Source of the DNA: Chthoniobacteraceae bacterium
GTDB taxonomy: Bacteria > Verrucomicrobiota > Verrucomicrobiia > Chthoniobacterales > Chthoniobacteraceae
NCBI GenBank assembly: GCA_040081625.1
Contig: JBEBGD010000086.1
Span: 1 to 24,395, forward strand
Reading direction: 5' to 3'
DNA length: 24,395 nt
The notes under the pieces are model-generated. The model worked only from the letters and a program-made list of their open reading frames with translations, was not told the DNA's origin and made no database searches. The translations under genes and the position numbers were made by a program. Positions within the stretch are counted from its first letter, which is position 1, and every line of letters begins with the position of its first letter. Below are positions 7,067-16,547 of this stretch, piece after piece.

Positions 7067-8098
7067 ATGGCCACGAAAACAGAGCCCCAGGAAACCACTC
7101 TCGCCGCTGCACGTAAGCGCGATCTCGATCTTATCCTCCAGACCATCGTCAAGGAATACGGCGACGGCGCGATCATGCGGCTGGGCGACTCGAAGCATAT
7201 GGAGGTGGAATCCATCCCGACGGGGAACATCCTCATCGACCGGGCGCTCGGCGTCGGCGGGTTTCCGCGCGGGCGCATCGTGGAGGTTTTCGGGCCGGAA
7301 AGCTCGGGCAAGACGACGCTCACGCTCACGCTGATCGCGCAGGCGCAGAAGCGCGGCGGGCTGGCGGCGTTTGTGGATGTGGAGCACGCGCTCGATCCGC
7401 AATACGCGAAGAAGCTCGGCGTGAATCTCGACGACCTGCTCGTCTCGCAGCCCTCGAGCGGCGAGGAGGCGCTGCGCATCGTGGAGACGCTCGTGCGCTC
7501 GAATGCGCTCGATGTGATCGTGCTCGATTCCGTCGCCGCGCTCGTGACCAAGGGCGAGCTCGAAGGCGAGATCGGTGACGCGGTGGTGGGCGCGCAGGCG
7601 CGGCTCATGAGCGCGGCGATGCGCAAGCTCACGGCGCTCATTTCCAAGGCGCGGACGATCGTCGTTTTCACCAACCAGATCCGCGAAAAGATCGGCGTGA
7701 TGTTCGGCAATCCCGAGACGACGCCGGGCGGCAAAGCGCTGAAGTTTTACGCCAGCGTGCGCGTGGATATCCGCCGCATCGGCGCGATCAAAAACACCGA
7801 GGGCGTGGTGACCGGCAACCGCACGAAGGTGAAGATCGTGAAAAACAAGGTCGCGCCGCCGTTCACCGAGGCGGAGTTCGACATCATGTATAACGAGGGC
7901 ATCTCCTCGATCGGCGCGCTGCTCGATCTCGCGATCGAGAAAGGGATCATCGAGAAGCGCGGCTCGTGGCTCAGCTACAAGGGCGCGCAACTCGCGCAGG
8001 GACGCGACGCGGCGAAGGAAGCCCTGCGCGCGGACCAGCCGCTCTACGACGAGATGTTCGCAGCGGTCACCGCGAAGCTCGACGAGGACAAAAAGTAG
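7067..8098 (+). CDS. recA: Recombinase RecA
   Basis: [73 protein letters not shown] at 7067. Confidence 0.99.
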   Translation: MATKTEPQETTLAAARKRDLDLILQTIVKEYGDGAIMRLGDSKHMEVESIPTGNILIDRALGVGGFPRGRIVEVFGPESSGKTTLTLTLIAQAQKRGGLAAFVDVEHALDPQYAKKLGVNLDDLLVSQPSSGEEALRIVETLVRSNALDVIVLDSVAALVTKGELEGEIGDAVVGAQARLMSAAMRKLTALISKARTIVVFTNQIREKIGVMFGNPETTPGGKALKFYASVRVDIRRIGAIKNTEGVVTGNRTKVKIVKNKVAPPFTEAEFDIMYNEGISSIGALLDLAIEKGIIEKRGSWLSYKGAQLAQGRDAAKEALRADQPLYDEMFAAVTAKLDEDKK

Positions 8099-8149
8099 CG
8101 TCACGTCGCTTGCGCTTTTTCGGGGGCGGCGCGAAGGGTCCGCGTCCCG

Positions 8150-8659
8150 ATGGCCTCCCGCCTCCTCCACAGCCTTCACGACGGATTCCTCTTCCACATC
8201 ATCCGCCTCTGCCGCATCCGGGCGGCGAGCGAGAAAGTGGCGCGTGGCTTCGCTCTCGGCATCGTGCCGCACTTTTTCCCGACGTTCGGATTCGGCGCGA
8301 TCATCTCGGCGTTCTTCTCGCGGGTTTGCGGCGGAAACGGAATGGCGGGCTTCGCCAGCGGCGCGTTGTTCACGCCGTTCTGGCCGTTCTTTTTCTACCT
8401 GAACCTGCGCGTCGGCAGCTGGCTGCTGAGGGAGCGCGCGCCGGTCATGAATGCGAGCGAAGTGACCGCGCTCGAATCGGGAGCGCTGGCGGCGACGCGC
8501 GACTTTTCCATCGGCGGCATCGTCAATGCCGCGGTTTTTGCGCTGGCCGCGTATTTCGTCCTCCTCGCGATCTACGAGCGCGCGCGGCCAAAGCTGCTCG
8601 CCCACTTTCGCCGGCGCGCCCGCTGGCGACGGCGGACGCGGCGGCTCGTGCCGGCCTGA
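8150..8659 (+). CDS. DUF2062-like membrane protein
   Basis: SEKVARGFALGIVPHFFPTFG motif, several hydrophobic segments and a basic C-terminal tail. Confidence 0.7.
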   Translation: MASRLLHSLHDGFLFHIIRLCRIRAASEKVARGFALGIVPHFFPTFGFGAIISAFFSRVCGGNGMAGFASGALFTPFWPFFFYLNLRVGSWLLRERAPVMNASEVTALESGALAATRDFSIGGIVNAAVFALAAYFVLLAIYERARPKLLAHFRRRARWRRRTRRLVPA

Positions 8660-8680
8660 GCGCCGCACCCGGGGTTCCGC

Positions 8681-10489
8681 TCAGGGGTTTGGAAAGTTCC
8701 GGCTGAAGTAGGTGGTGCCGCCCTGGCTGATCACGATCTCCTGGCCGGCGACCGCGAAGTCGAGAAGCAGATGGCCGCTGCCCGGCGTGGTTTCAAACTC
8801 GAGTTGCCCGCGCGTCCGGCTCGCATCGGCGACGACGTTGATCGTCCCGCGAACGGTGCCGCCCACGGATAAATCGTAGGCACCTACGGCCACATCCTCG
8901 ATACGCACCTCGAAGTTCTGCTGCCCGTCGAGGAACTGCTTGAGTTCGGCCTTCGCCCGCGCGTCGGGATCCACGCCGGCATTGAAGAGAGGCACTTCGG
9001 TTTCAAAAGGCGTCGCCGCATTCCCTCCGCCACCGCCGGCGGCAGAGCCGCTGCCGAGGAGGTGCGAGAAATAGACTCCCGCTGCGTCGGAGATCTCGAT
9101 GAACTGGCCGCGCGGGTCGAAGTTCAGCGGGCGGTGGCCGGGCTCGACCTTGCTGTCGAACTCCAGCTCACCCTCGACACCAGACGCGGTTGCGACGGCC
9201 TTGATCGTGCCGCGCACGACGCCCGCCACAGTGAGTGTGTAATTGCCGGCGGCGACTTTCTCGATCTCGACGTCGAACTTGTGCCGGCCGCGATCGTCCA
9301 CGCGATAGCGGGCCGCCGCCTTGGCATCGGCATCCAGGCCGGTCGATGTCAGCAGTTCCTCGAGGTCGGACGCCGGTTCGGGCCGCGGCGTGCCCGCGCC
9401 AGTGCCGAGCGAACCCTCGAACACCGACTCGAAGAAAACATCCGCGCCCTGTCGGATGCTAAGCGTCTTGCCGAGCGGATCGAAGGTCAGGGGCAGCTCA
9501 TTCGGATCGTCATCGCCGCCGTTGAACTCGATCTCGCCCTCGGTCCCGCCCGTGACGGTGGCGACGGTGATCGTGCCGACATTCACGCCATCGACGAAGA
9601 GATCGTAAGCGCCCACCGGCATATCCTCGACCTCGACGGAGAAGTGCTTCCGCGCCCGCGTGTCGAGCCGCAGCTTCGCATTCGCATGGCCGCTACCCGC
9701 GAGAGCGGTCGCGGTGATCGCCGTCCCGGTGAAACGCGGCGTGGAGACATTCACCCCGCGGGCGAGCGCCTCGAGTTTGCCGCTGAAGACCACCTGCGCG
9801 TTGGAGATCACGTCGATCACTTCACCACGCGGATCAAAATCGAGCTGCAACACGCCGGGATCATCGCTGCCGATGGCGAACTTGATCCGCGCAGTCACGC
9901 CGCGGACGGTCAGGTCGCCGCGCTTCACGCCACCGACGAACAACTCGAATGGTCCCGCGCCTGCGCGCTCAAGATCCACGCGGAAGACGCGCTTGTCGTT
10001 TCTGCTCACGCGATATTCCGCCCTGGCCTTGCCGGCCACCCCGGCACCCGGCGTTAGATTTGCGCGCTCCGCGACGAGCGTGCCCTGCGGCTCGCCGGTG
10101 GCCGAGATTATCGCCTCGAGCACGCTCTGCCCGCCGATCGCGAGGCTGAGCGTCCTGCCTCGCGGGTCGAAGTCGAGCGGCTGCGCGCGGCCCGCGTTGG
10201 GCGCCTTGAACTTCACGCTCAACCGGCCATTCGCGCGCACGGTCGCCGTGGCCTCCACCACGCCGCCGACCACGACGTCCACGCTCGAGCCGGGCGTCAG
10301 CTTGGTGGCCGAGACGTGCAGCTCCGACGCCCGGAGCTTGAGTTGACCGATCACCGCGCCGCGGGCGTCGGGCAGCACGCCGGTGTTTGTGAGCGGCGTG
10401 CGAATGTTCGAGGAGTTCCCGGCTTGCAAGGGGACGATCGCGAGTAAGCCGAATGCGAGGAGGCGAAGGAAATGTTTGGTGGAGTTCAT
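8681..10489 (-). CDS. Secreted hypothetical protein with five tandem ~110-120 aa beta-rich repeats
   Basis: Signal peptide MNSTKHFLRLLAFGLLAIVPLQA. Repeated pattern F.VE.E...G.Y.L.V.G...G.I.V...G.LEF...L.FDP.G, with the FDP-like motif near 10165, 9835, 9480, 9118 and 8755. Confidence 0.85.
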   Translation of the reverse strand: MNSTKHFLRLLAFGLLAIVPLQAGNSSNIRTPLTNTGVLPDARGAVIGQLKLRASELHVSATKLTPGSSVDVVVGGVVEATATVRANGRLSVKFKAPNAGRAQPLDFDPRGRTLSLAIGGQSVLEAIISATGEPQGTLVAERANLTPGAGVAGKARAEYRVSRNDKRVFRVDLERAGAGPFELFVGGVKRGDLTVRGVTARIKFAIGSDDPGVLQLDFDPRGEVIDVISNAQVVFSGKLEALARGVNVSTPRFTGTAITATALAGSGHANAKLRLDTRARKHFSVEVEDMPVGAYDLFVDGVNVGTITVATVTGGTEGEIEFNGGDDDPNELPLTFDPLGKTLSIRQGADVFFESVFEGSLGTGAGTPRPEPASDLEELLTSTGLDADAKAAARYRVDDRGRHKFDVEIEKVAAGNYTLTVAGVVRGTIKAVATASGVEGELEFDSKVEPGHRPLNFDPRGQFIEISDAAGVYFSHLLGSGSAAGGGGGNAATPFETEVPLFNAGVDPDARAKAELKQFLDGQQNFEVRIEDVAVGAYDLSVGGTVRGTINVVADASRTRGQLEFETTPGSGHLLLDFAVAGQEIVISQGGTTYFSRNFPNP

Positions 10490-10556
10490 AAGCGGGGTTG
10501 TGCGGGATGTTCCGCCGAGCCCGCCAGATCCCAAGCCCGGGTTCGTAACGCCAGCG

Positions 10557-11900
10557 TTACCTTCCTGCGAGCGGCAGCCGCAGTCTGAACTCCGTCCAGT
10601 CGGCGGCCGACTCCGTCAGCTCCAAGTCGCCGCCGTGAGCGCGTGCCAGTTCCTGCGCGAGGCTCAGCCCGAGCCCCGTGCCAGGGATGCGCTCGTCGGA
10701 CTGGCCGCGAAAGAAGCGCTCAAAGATGTGCGCCTGGCGTTCGCGCGGAATCGATTCGCCCGTATTGCCGACGGTCGCTTCCAGCCATGGCGGCGACACG
10801 TTCGCGCACACGCGCACTCGGCCGCCGTCGCGATTATACTTCACCGAGTTCTCGAGGAGATTCTGCAGGATGATCCCGACCCGTCCGCCATCGGCCTCGA
10901 CCTCCACCTTCGGCGGGAGATCCACTTCGAGCACGATGCCGCGGGATTCCGCGTGCGTGCGGGCGTCGTCGAGGCAGTCATCGAAAGTGGGCCGCAAGTC
11001 GCAGCGCGCACGGCGCAACTCCAGCCGGCCAGCGTCGGCGCGTGCGAGCAATAGAAGATCCTCGGTGAGCGACGTGAGGCGGCGCACCTGGTCGAGCAGT
11101 TCGTTCACCGTGTCCTTCTCCGCGCTGTCGCAACGCGGCGAACGCAACAGCGCATCGAGGCCGACCCGCAGCAGCGTCAGCGGCGTCTTGAGCTGGTGCG
11201 ACGCATCGGCGGAGAACCGCACCGCCTGCCCAAAGCTGCGCTCGAGACGCTCGAAGGTTCGATTGAGCGCGACGGCGAGCCGGTGCAACTCATCCCGGGC
11301 AGCCGGCAGCGGCAGCCGGCGATCAAGCCGCTCGGCGGTGATCTGCTCGGCGACCCGCGTGATCTCGACCATCGGCTGAAGCGCCCGCAACCCCACGATA
11401 CGTCCGCCAAACGCGATCAGCCCCGCGACCACCGGCAGCGCTGCGAGAAACGCGATGGCGAGATCGCGCCCGAGCCGCTCCACATCGGAGAGCTCGGCGC
11501 CGACGTAGAGGATCAGCTCTCCGTGCTCGAAGACGCCCACGCGCACATTTCGCCCGTGCAACACCCTCGAGCTGAAGCCGGCAGGCGCATCGCTCAGCGC
11601 CTGCCCACCGAGATTTGGCGAGCGGTAGAGCGGCTCGCGAGCGGCTCCGAGCAGCTCGATGTAGCGGTCGCGCAACGCAAGCGGCACGAAACGCTCGGTG
11701 ATTTGCGTGCGACGCTCGCGCGGCTCCCGGGTGAAGTTTTCCAGATCCCGGAAAAGCTCATCCGCGTCGGTCCGCACGCGACGGTCAAAAAAGCGCGTCT
11801 CCACGTAGCGCAGCAACACCCATGTCGTGGCGGCCCACGCCGCGAGCGCGACGATCGAGCTGATCGTCGCATAGAGAGCGATCCGGTTGCGCAGCGTCAT
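10557..11900 (-). CDS. Sensor histidine kinase (2 TM, HAMP, HisKA, HATPase; CusS/CzcS-like architecture)
   Basis: RDELHRLA..LNRTFERL (HAMP), FSADASHQLKTPLT (H-box), NLLENSVKY (N-box), IFERFFRG, GTGLGLSLA. Confidence 0.93.
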   Translation of the reverse strand: MTLRNRIALYATISSIVALAAWAATTWVLLRYVETRFFDRRVRTDADELFRDLENFTREPRERRTQITERFVPLALRDRYIELLGAAREPLYRSPNLGGQALSDAPAGFSSRVLHGRNVRVGVFEHGELILYVGAELSDVERLGRDLAIAFLAALPVVAGLIAFGGRIVGLRALQPMVEITRVAEQITAERLDRRLPLPAARDELHRLAVALNRTFERLERSFGQAVRFSADASHQLKTPLTLLRVGLDALLRSPRCDSAEKDTVNELLDQVRRLTSLTEDLLLLARADAGRLELRRARCDLRPTFDDCLDDARTHAESRGIVLEVDLPPKVEVEADGGRVGIILQNLLENSVKYNRDGGRVRVCANVSPPWLEATVGNTGESIPRERQAHIFERFFRGQSDERIPGTGLGLSLAQELARAHGGDLELTESAADWTEFRLRLPLAGR

Positions 11901-12571
11901 GGCGGCGGCCCGATCGTGTAGCCCGCGTGGCGCACCGTGTGAATGAGCGGCGTCGCGAGTGGCTCATCGATCTTGCGCCGCAGACGCCCGATGAAGACCT
12001 CGACAAGTTTGGTGTCGTATTCGTGCTCGCGCTCCCACACCCGCTCGCAAAGCTCCGTGCGGCTGAAGACGCGCCCCGGCTCGCGCATGAGCAGCTTGAG
12101 CAGCGCAAACTCGCGCGCCGAAAGCTCGATGTGCCGTGACCCGCGCTGCGCCTCGCGTGTCTCCACGTCGAGCGAGAGATCGGCCACGTGCAGCACCTTC
12201 AGCGGCTCGACCGGGAAACGTCGCCCGACCGCCTCGACGCGAGCGAGCAGCTCCGCCATCGCGAACGGCTTGGCGAGATAATCGTCCGCGCCGAGCTGGA
12301 GCCCGCGCACGCGATCGTTCACTTCGCCCATCGCGGTAAGCATGATCACCCGCACCGCCCGGTGCGCGGCCCGGATCTCCTCGAGGACATCGAAGCCGTC
12401 GCGCCTTGGCAGGTTCACGTCGAGCAAGAGCAGATCGAAGTCCCCGCCGAGCGCCACGCTGAGCGCATCGTCGCCATCGTGAACAACCTGCGTCTGGTGG
12501 CCAGCGCCTTCGAGCGCAGTCGCGAGGTGCCGCGCGAGTTGAGGTTCGTCTTCGACGATCAGGACACGCAT
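11897..12571 (-). CDS. OmpR/PhoB-family DNA-binding response regulator
   Basis: MRVLIVEDE, LLDVNLP, GADDYLAKPF, LSAREFALL, VEVFIGRLRRKID, IHTVRHAGY. ATGA overlap with the kinase. Confidence 0.95.
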   Translation of the reverse strand: MRVLIVEDEPQLARHLATALEGAGHQTQVVHDGDDALSVALGGDFDLLLLDVNLPRRDGFDVLEEIRAAHRAVRVIMLTAMGEVNDRVRGLQLGADDYLAKPFAMAELLARVEAVGRRFPVEPLKVLHVADLSLDVETREAQRGSRHIELSAREFALLKLLMREPGRVFSRTELCERVWEREHEYDTKLVEVFIGRLRRKIDEPLATPLIHTVRHAGYTIGPPP

Positions 12572-12683
12572 GAGTTCCAGAGTGCGTGGTCTGGCAGATC
12601 GCGAGGCTCGCGTCAGCAAGAAATACCCAATGTCGTCCCGCGGCCTTGACCGCGCCGCCATCCGCACGCTGCAATCCGATGAC

Positions 12684-13424
12684 ATGCCTCGCGCGGAATT
12701 TCTCCTCATCGACAACAGTAACTCGTTCACAAAATTCGCCCTCGCCTCGCGCGACGAGCTCGGCCCGATGCGCCGGCTCGCCACGCCGGAGGTCGATACG
12801 CGCTCACTTCATCGCGTGCTGCGCGGGTGGCGCTTCGATGGCGTCGTGATGTCCTCGGTCGTGCCGATCAAGGGCGCGCTGATCGCCCGCACGCTCGACG
12901 ACTGGCCACTGCTGACCGTCGGCGCGAAGACCAAGCTCGGCGTTGGCATCGACTACCCGCAGCCGAAGCGCATCGGCGCCGACCGGCTCGCGAATGCAGC
13001 GGCCGCCGTTCCGTTCTACGGCACGCCCGTCGTCGTCGTGGACTTCGGCACCGCGGTGACCTTCGACATCGTGGACCGGCGGAAAAACTACGTCGGCGGC
13101 GTGATCGCGCCCGGGCTCGAGGCGATGACCGACTACCTGCACCAGCGCACCGCGCTGCTGCCGAAGATCACGCTGCTCGAGCCGCCGACCGCGATCGGCA
13201 AGTCCACGCGCCACGCAATGCTTGCCGGCGCGGTCTTCGGCTACCGCGGCCTCGTGCGCGAGATCCTCGCCGAGATCCGCGCCGAGCTGCGTGCGCGGAA
13301 ACTGAAAGTCGTCGCGACCGGCGGCTACGCGGAACTGATCGCTTCCGGCGTCGCGGAGATCGAGGAGGTGCATCCGCACCTCACTCTCGAAGGTCTGCGG
13401 CTGATCGGCGAGCTGAACGCCTGA
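12684..13424 (+). CDS. coaX: Type III pantothenate kinase
   Basis: LLIDNSNSFTK, SSVVP, IGADRLAN, VVDFGTAVTFD, GGVIAPG, VVATGG, LTLEGL. Confidence 0.95.
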   Translation: MPRAEFLLIDNSNSFTKFALASRDELGPMRRLATPEVDTRSLHRVLRGWRFDGVVMSSVVPIKGALIARTLDDWPLLTVGAKTKLGVGIDYPQPKRIGADRLANAAAAVPFYGTPVVVVDFGTAVTFDIVDRRKNYVGGVIAPGLEAMTDYLHQRTALLPKITLLEPPTAIGKSTRHAMLAGAVFGYRGLVREILAEIRAELRARKLKVVATGGYAELIASGVAEIEEVHPHLTLEGLRLIGELNA

Positions 13425-14213
13425 TTAGCGCACGAACCGCTGCCACGGCGGCTTGTTCGCATAGACCCAGCGGTAGTAATCGCCGTGCGCGAGCCGCGAG
13501 GCGGCGGGCTCGTCGAGCAGCGCCTTCGCGACCGGGTGCATCTGCAGGATCGACGCGGGATTCATCGCGCTGATCGGCCCCTCGACGGCCTCCGCAATCG
13601 GGCGCGCCTTTTTTTCGCCGAAGGCGAGCAGCAGCACCTGGCGCGTCTCCATGATCGTGCCGACGCCCATCGTGATCACGTGCATCGGCACGTCCTCGGC
13701 TCGGCCGAAGTAGCGTGCGTTGTCGCGCCGAGTCTGGTCGGTGATCGTCTTGATGCGGGTGCGCGAGGCGAGCGAGGAACTGCGCTCGTTGAAGCCAATG
13801 TGGCCGTCGGTGCCGATGCCGAGCACCTGCAAGTCGATGCCGTCAGCCAAACGGATCGCGTCTTCGTAGCGCGCACACTCGGCGGGCACGTCGGCGGCCA
13901 TGCCGTCGGGGATGTGGATGCGTTCGCGCGGCACGTTGATGAGGTCGAAAAGATTCGCGCGCATGAAGGCGTGGTAGCTCTGCGCGTGGTCCGGCCGCAG
14001 GCCGACGTATTCGTCGAGGTTGAAGGTCGTGACGCGAGAGAAATCGAGTCCCTCCTCGCGGTGCAGGCGCACTAGCTCGCGATACATCGGGAGCGGTGTG
14101 CCGCCGGTCGCGAGGCCGAGCACGCAGGCAGGTTTGTCGCGCACGAGGTTCGCGATGATGTGCGCGGCGATCAGGCTCGCGGCTTCGGGCGTGGGTTGGA
14201 TGACGATTTCCAT
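13425..14213 (-). CDS. nagB: Glucosamine-6-phosphate deaminase
   Basis: VLGLATGGTP, TFNLDEYVGL, QSYHAFM, LGIGTDGHIGFNE, TMGVGTI, PASILQMH. Confidence 0.96.
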   Translation of the reverse strand: MEIVIQPTPEAASLIAAHIIANLVRDKPACVLGLATGGTPLPMYRELVRLHREEGLDFSRVTTFNLDEYVGLRPDHAQSYHAFMRANLFDLINVPRERIHIPDGMAADVPAECARYEDAIRLADGIDLQVLGIGTDGHIGFNERSSSLASRTRIKTITDQTRRDNARYFGRAEDVPMHVITMGVGTIMETRQVLLLAFGEKKARPIAEAVEGPISAMNPASILQMHPVAKALLDEPAASRLAHGDYYRWVYANKPPWQRFVR

Positions 14214-14214
14214 T

Positions 14215-15066
14215 TCAGCCGATTCGTTTGCGCAGCTTCGCGACGACATCGTCTTTGAAGCGGTCGATGAAGGCGGTGACGTAGGCGACGAGGTCGAGAG
14301 CGTCGTCCTGCACGAGCGGCGTGAGGTCCATCGCGAAGGCGAGCGCGTCGCTCGCATCGACGCCGTGGCTTTCGAAGAAGGTCGCGTTTGCGCGGCGGCG
14401 GCCGATCACGGCGAGGTCGTAGCGTTTGCCGCCGGCGATCTGGCTGTCGAAGATGCCGTTGAGCGCGGCGGCGAGATTGTCGTGGCCGCCAACGTCGTGG
14501 ACGATTTTCTCGGCATCGGCCATCCAGTCGAGATTGCGCCACACTTCGCAGCCGTGGACGGCCTGCGGGCGCTGGTCGCGCGGCAGTTCGCGGATCGCCT
14601 GGATCAGGGCGACGACGACACCAATGTGCGTGTCGTGCTTGTCGGCGGGGTTGTGGGTATAGACGACGCGTGGCTTCGTCGCGGCGAGGATGGCGATGAG
14701 ATCGCCCTTGAGCGTCGTGTCGGCGGAGTCCTTCACGATCTTGCTGGGATGATCGAGCTGCACCATCGCGCCGAAGCGCCCGACGATCGCGGCCTGCTCC
14801 TGTTCCTTGCGTCGCACCGCCATCATCTGCTCGTCGGTGAATTTCGCATAGGCGCCGGTGCGCGCGCTGCCGCTGCCGTTGGTGCAAGTCACGCCGCCGA
14901 ACCAATCGGTCGCGCTGTGAAAGCACGCGACGATGCCGTGGAAGGCCATGAACTCGAGGTCGTCCTGATGCGCTCCGACGCCGAGATGCGTCACGCGCGC
15001 GAGCGCGCCGGCGGGTTCGATGCCGTCGGGGATGAAGACGAGGACGTTGGGTTGATGGAGTTTCAT
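14215..15066 (-). CDS. PIG-L/LmbE-family N-acetyl-sugar deacetylase
   Basis: GAHQDDLE metal motif (AHxDD), RRKEQEQAA, THNPADKHDTH (HxDH-like). Confidence 0.88.
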   Translation of the reverse strand: MKLHQPNVLVFIPDGIEPAGALARVTHLGVGAHQDDLEFMAFHGIVACFHSATDWFGGVTCTNGSGSARTGAYAKFTDEQMMAVRRKEQEQAAIVGRFGAMVQLDHPSKIVKDSADTTLKGDLIAILAATKPRVVYTHNPADKHDTHIGVVVALIQAIRELPRDQRPQAVHGCEVWRNLDWMADAEKIVHDVGGHDNLAAALNGIFDSQIAGGKRYDLAVIGRRRANATFFESHGVDASDALAFAMDLTPLVQDDALDLVAYVTAFIDRFKDDVVAKLRKRIG

Positions 15067-16445
15067 CGCAAGGCGGGCAGACTCGCGGCGGCGACGGCCT
15101 GGCCGAGGCGCTTGTCTTTTTCGTCGGGCATCCGCAGGCGGATGCGCGCGGCGAGATCGGGGAACTCGGCCGCGAGCACCTCACGCGCTTTCGCGAGGAG
15201 GAGTTCGCCGCCTTCGCCGCTCGTCACACGGCCGAGCACGAGCAGTTCGCGCATTTCGTAAAACTCCGCGTAGTGCGCCGTGGCGTAGCCGAAGCAGACG
15301 CCGATCGTCTCGTAAATGCGGCGCGCGCGTTCATCGCCAGCGGCCATGAGGTTTTGCACCTCGATGAGTTGCTCGGGGAACTTCATCCCGGCGGGCAGAT
15401 CGATCCCGGCGATCGGCGCGAGGCGCGCGACGCCTTGCTGGCAGAAATACTGCGCCGCGCAGCCACGGTCGCCGCTCCACTCGTCGATCGGCGCGTCGTC
15501 GCGGTAGTCGATCGGCGCGAAGGCGAGTTCGTTCAGCCACGGCGTGATCGCTCCATCCGGCGTCACGTAGCCCGCGGCGACGCTCGTGCCCATCGCGATG
15601 CCGAGCACCGAGTTTTCGCCCGAGCTCATCGAGCCGGCGAGCGCGGTGACTTCGCCGTCGTTGGCGACCTCGAAGGGCACGCCACCCCACGCCGTCTGCA
15701 GCTCGAAGAAAATCCTGCACACGCGCTTCTCGAAATCCGCGGGCGACACGCCGCGGAAGAGCGAACCGGCGCGCACCTCGTTGTTCACATACACGCCCGC
15801 GGCGCTGCCGCCGATCGCATCGACGCGCGTCAGGTGCGCGGCGGCTCGGGCGATCGATTCGTTGATGCCGTCGAAGTGATATTGCGGGTCGCTTTGGAAA
15901 TACGGATCCCACGGCACTTCCTCGGAGAAGACGCAGCGCCCATCGATCACGGCAGCGCATTTGCGATCCGAGCCGCCGAGGTCGAAGCCAATGCGGCAGC
16001 CGTCGAGATGCCGCCCGAGCGGCACGACGGCTTCACGCGCAGCGGGCACTTCATCGAGCGCGCACGCCTCGACCACGAAAGGCCGGCCATACACCTTCGC
16101 GCCGAGGAAATCGTGATCGAACCGCCGCGCGCCATCCGGCGAATAGCTCGCACCGAGCGCCGCTGCGATCTCCGGCGCGCCGCCCACGATCACGCGGCAG
16201 CCGCCGCGCGCCCAGAGCAGGAACTTCACGAGCCGCTCGACGTAGCGCTCATTGAGCGCGCGATGCTCCGGCGCGTCGGGAAGCACGCGCGTGTCGAAGC
16301 GTGAGACCGTCCCATCCGCGCGCACGAGAGCGAGCGCCAAGGGTCGCGCGACGGCGTCGCAGCGGCGGGTGTAGGCACGATTCCACAGCACGGCGGGCTG
16401 GTAGCCAGGATCGAGTGGTGGGACGAAGTGCGGGTGGTCCAGCAT
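15063..16445 (-). CDS. ROK-family sugar kinase-like protein with an extended N-terminal domain
   Basis: IGFDLGGSDRK, VANDGEVTALAG, GIAMGTSVAAGY, ELAFAPID. About 150 aa precede the ROK core. ATG at 16445; ATGA overlap with the deacetylase. Confidence 0.85.
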   Translation of the reverse strand: MLDHPHFVPPLDPGYQPAVLWNRAYTRRCDAVARPLALALVRADGTVSRFDTRVLPDAPEHRALNERYVERLVKFLLWARGGCRVIVGGAPEIAAALGASYSPDGARRFDHDFLGAKVYGRPFVVEACALDEVPAAREAVVPLGRHLDGCRIGFDLGGSDRKCAAVIDGRCVFSEEVPWDPYFQSDPQYHFDGINESIARAAAHLTRVDAIGGSAAGVYVNNEVRAGSLFRGVSPADFEKRVCRIFFELQTAWGGVPFEVANDGEVTALAGSMSSGENSVLGIAMGTSVAAGYVTPDGAITPWLNELAFAPIDYRDDAPIDEWSGDRGCAAQYFCQQGVARLAPIAGIDLPAGMKFPEQLIEVQNLMAAGDERARRIYETIGVCFGYATAHYAEFYEMRELLVLGRVTSGEGGELLLAKAREVLAAEFPDLAARIRLRMPDEKDKRLGQAVAAASLPALR

Positions 16446-16547
16446 GGGGCGCGAATCGGTAGCGACATGGCCGGCATTTGCACAGGCAAAAGCGGTGTCG
16501 GTGGCGGATTGACTTCGAGCGCGCCGCTCGCACGCTGCACGCCACCC

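Noticed and set aside
7054..7067. Possible Verrucomicrobia-type LexA box (TGTTC-N4-GAACA) at recA: TTTTA-ACAC-GAACA, and TGCCG-AAGC-GAACA at 6980-6993
   Set aside because: Only the right half-site matches (8/10 and 7/10 positions); too weak to call without a position-weight-matrix scan.
8097..8120. Intrinsic terminator after recA
   Set aside because: Only a short bulged stem before a T-run; too weak to support.
6893..8668. 591-aa minus-strand ORF
   Set aside because: Antisense shadow of recA and the DUF2062 gene; typical of high-GC codon bias and has no recognisable motifs.
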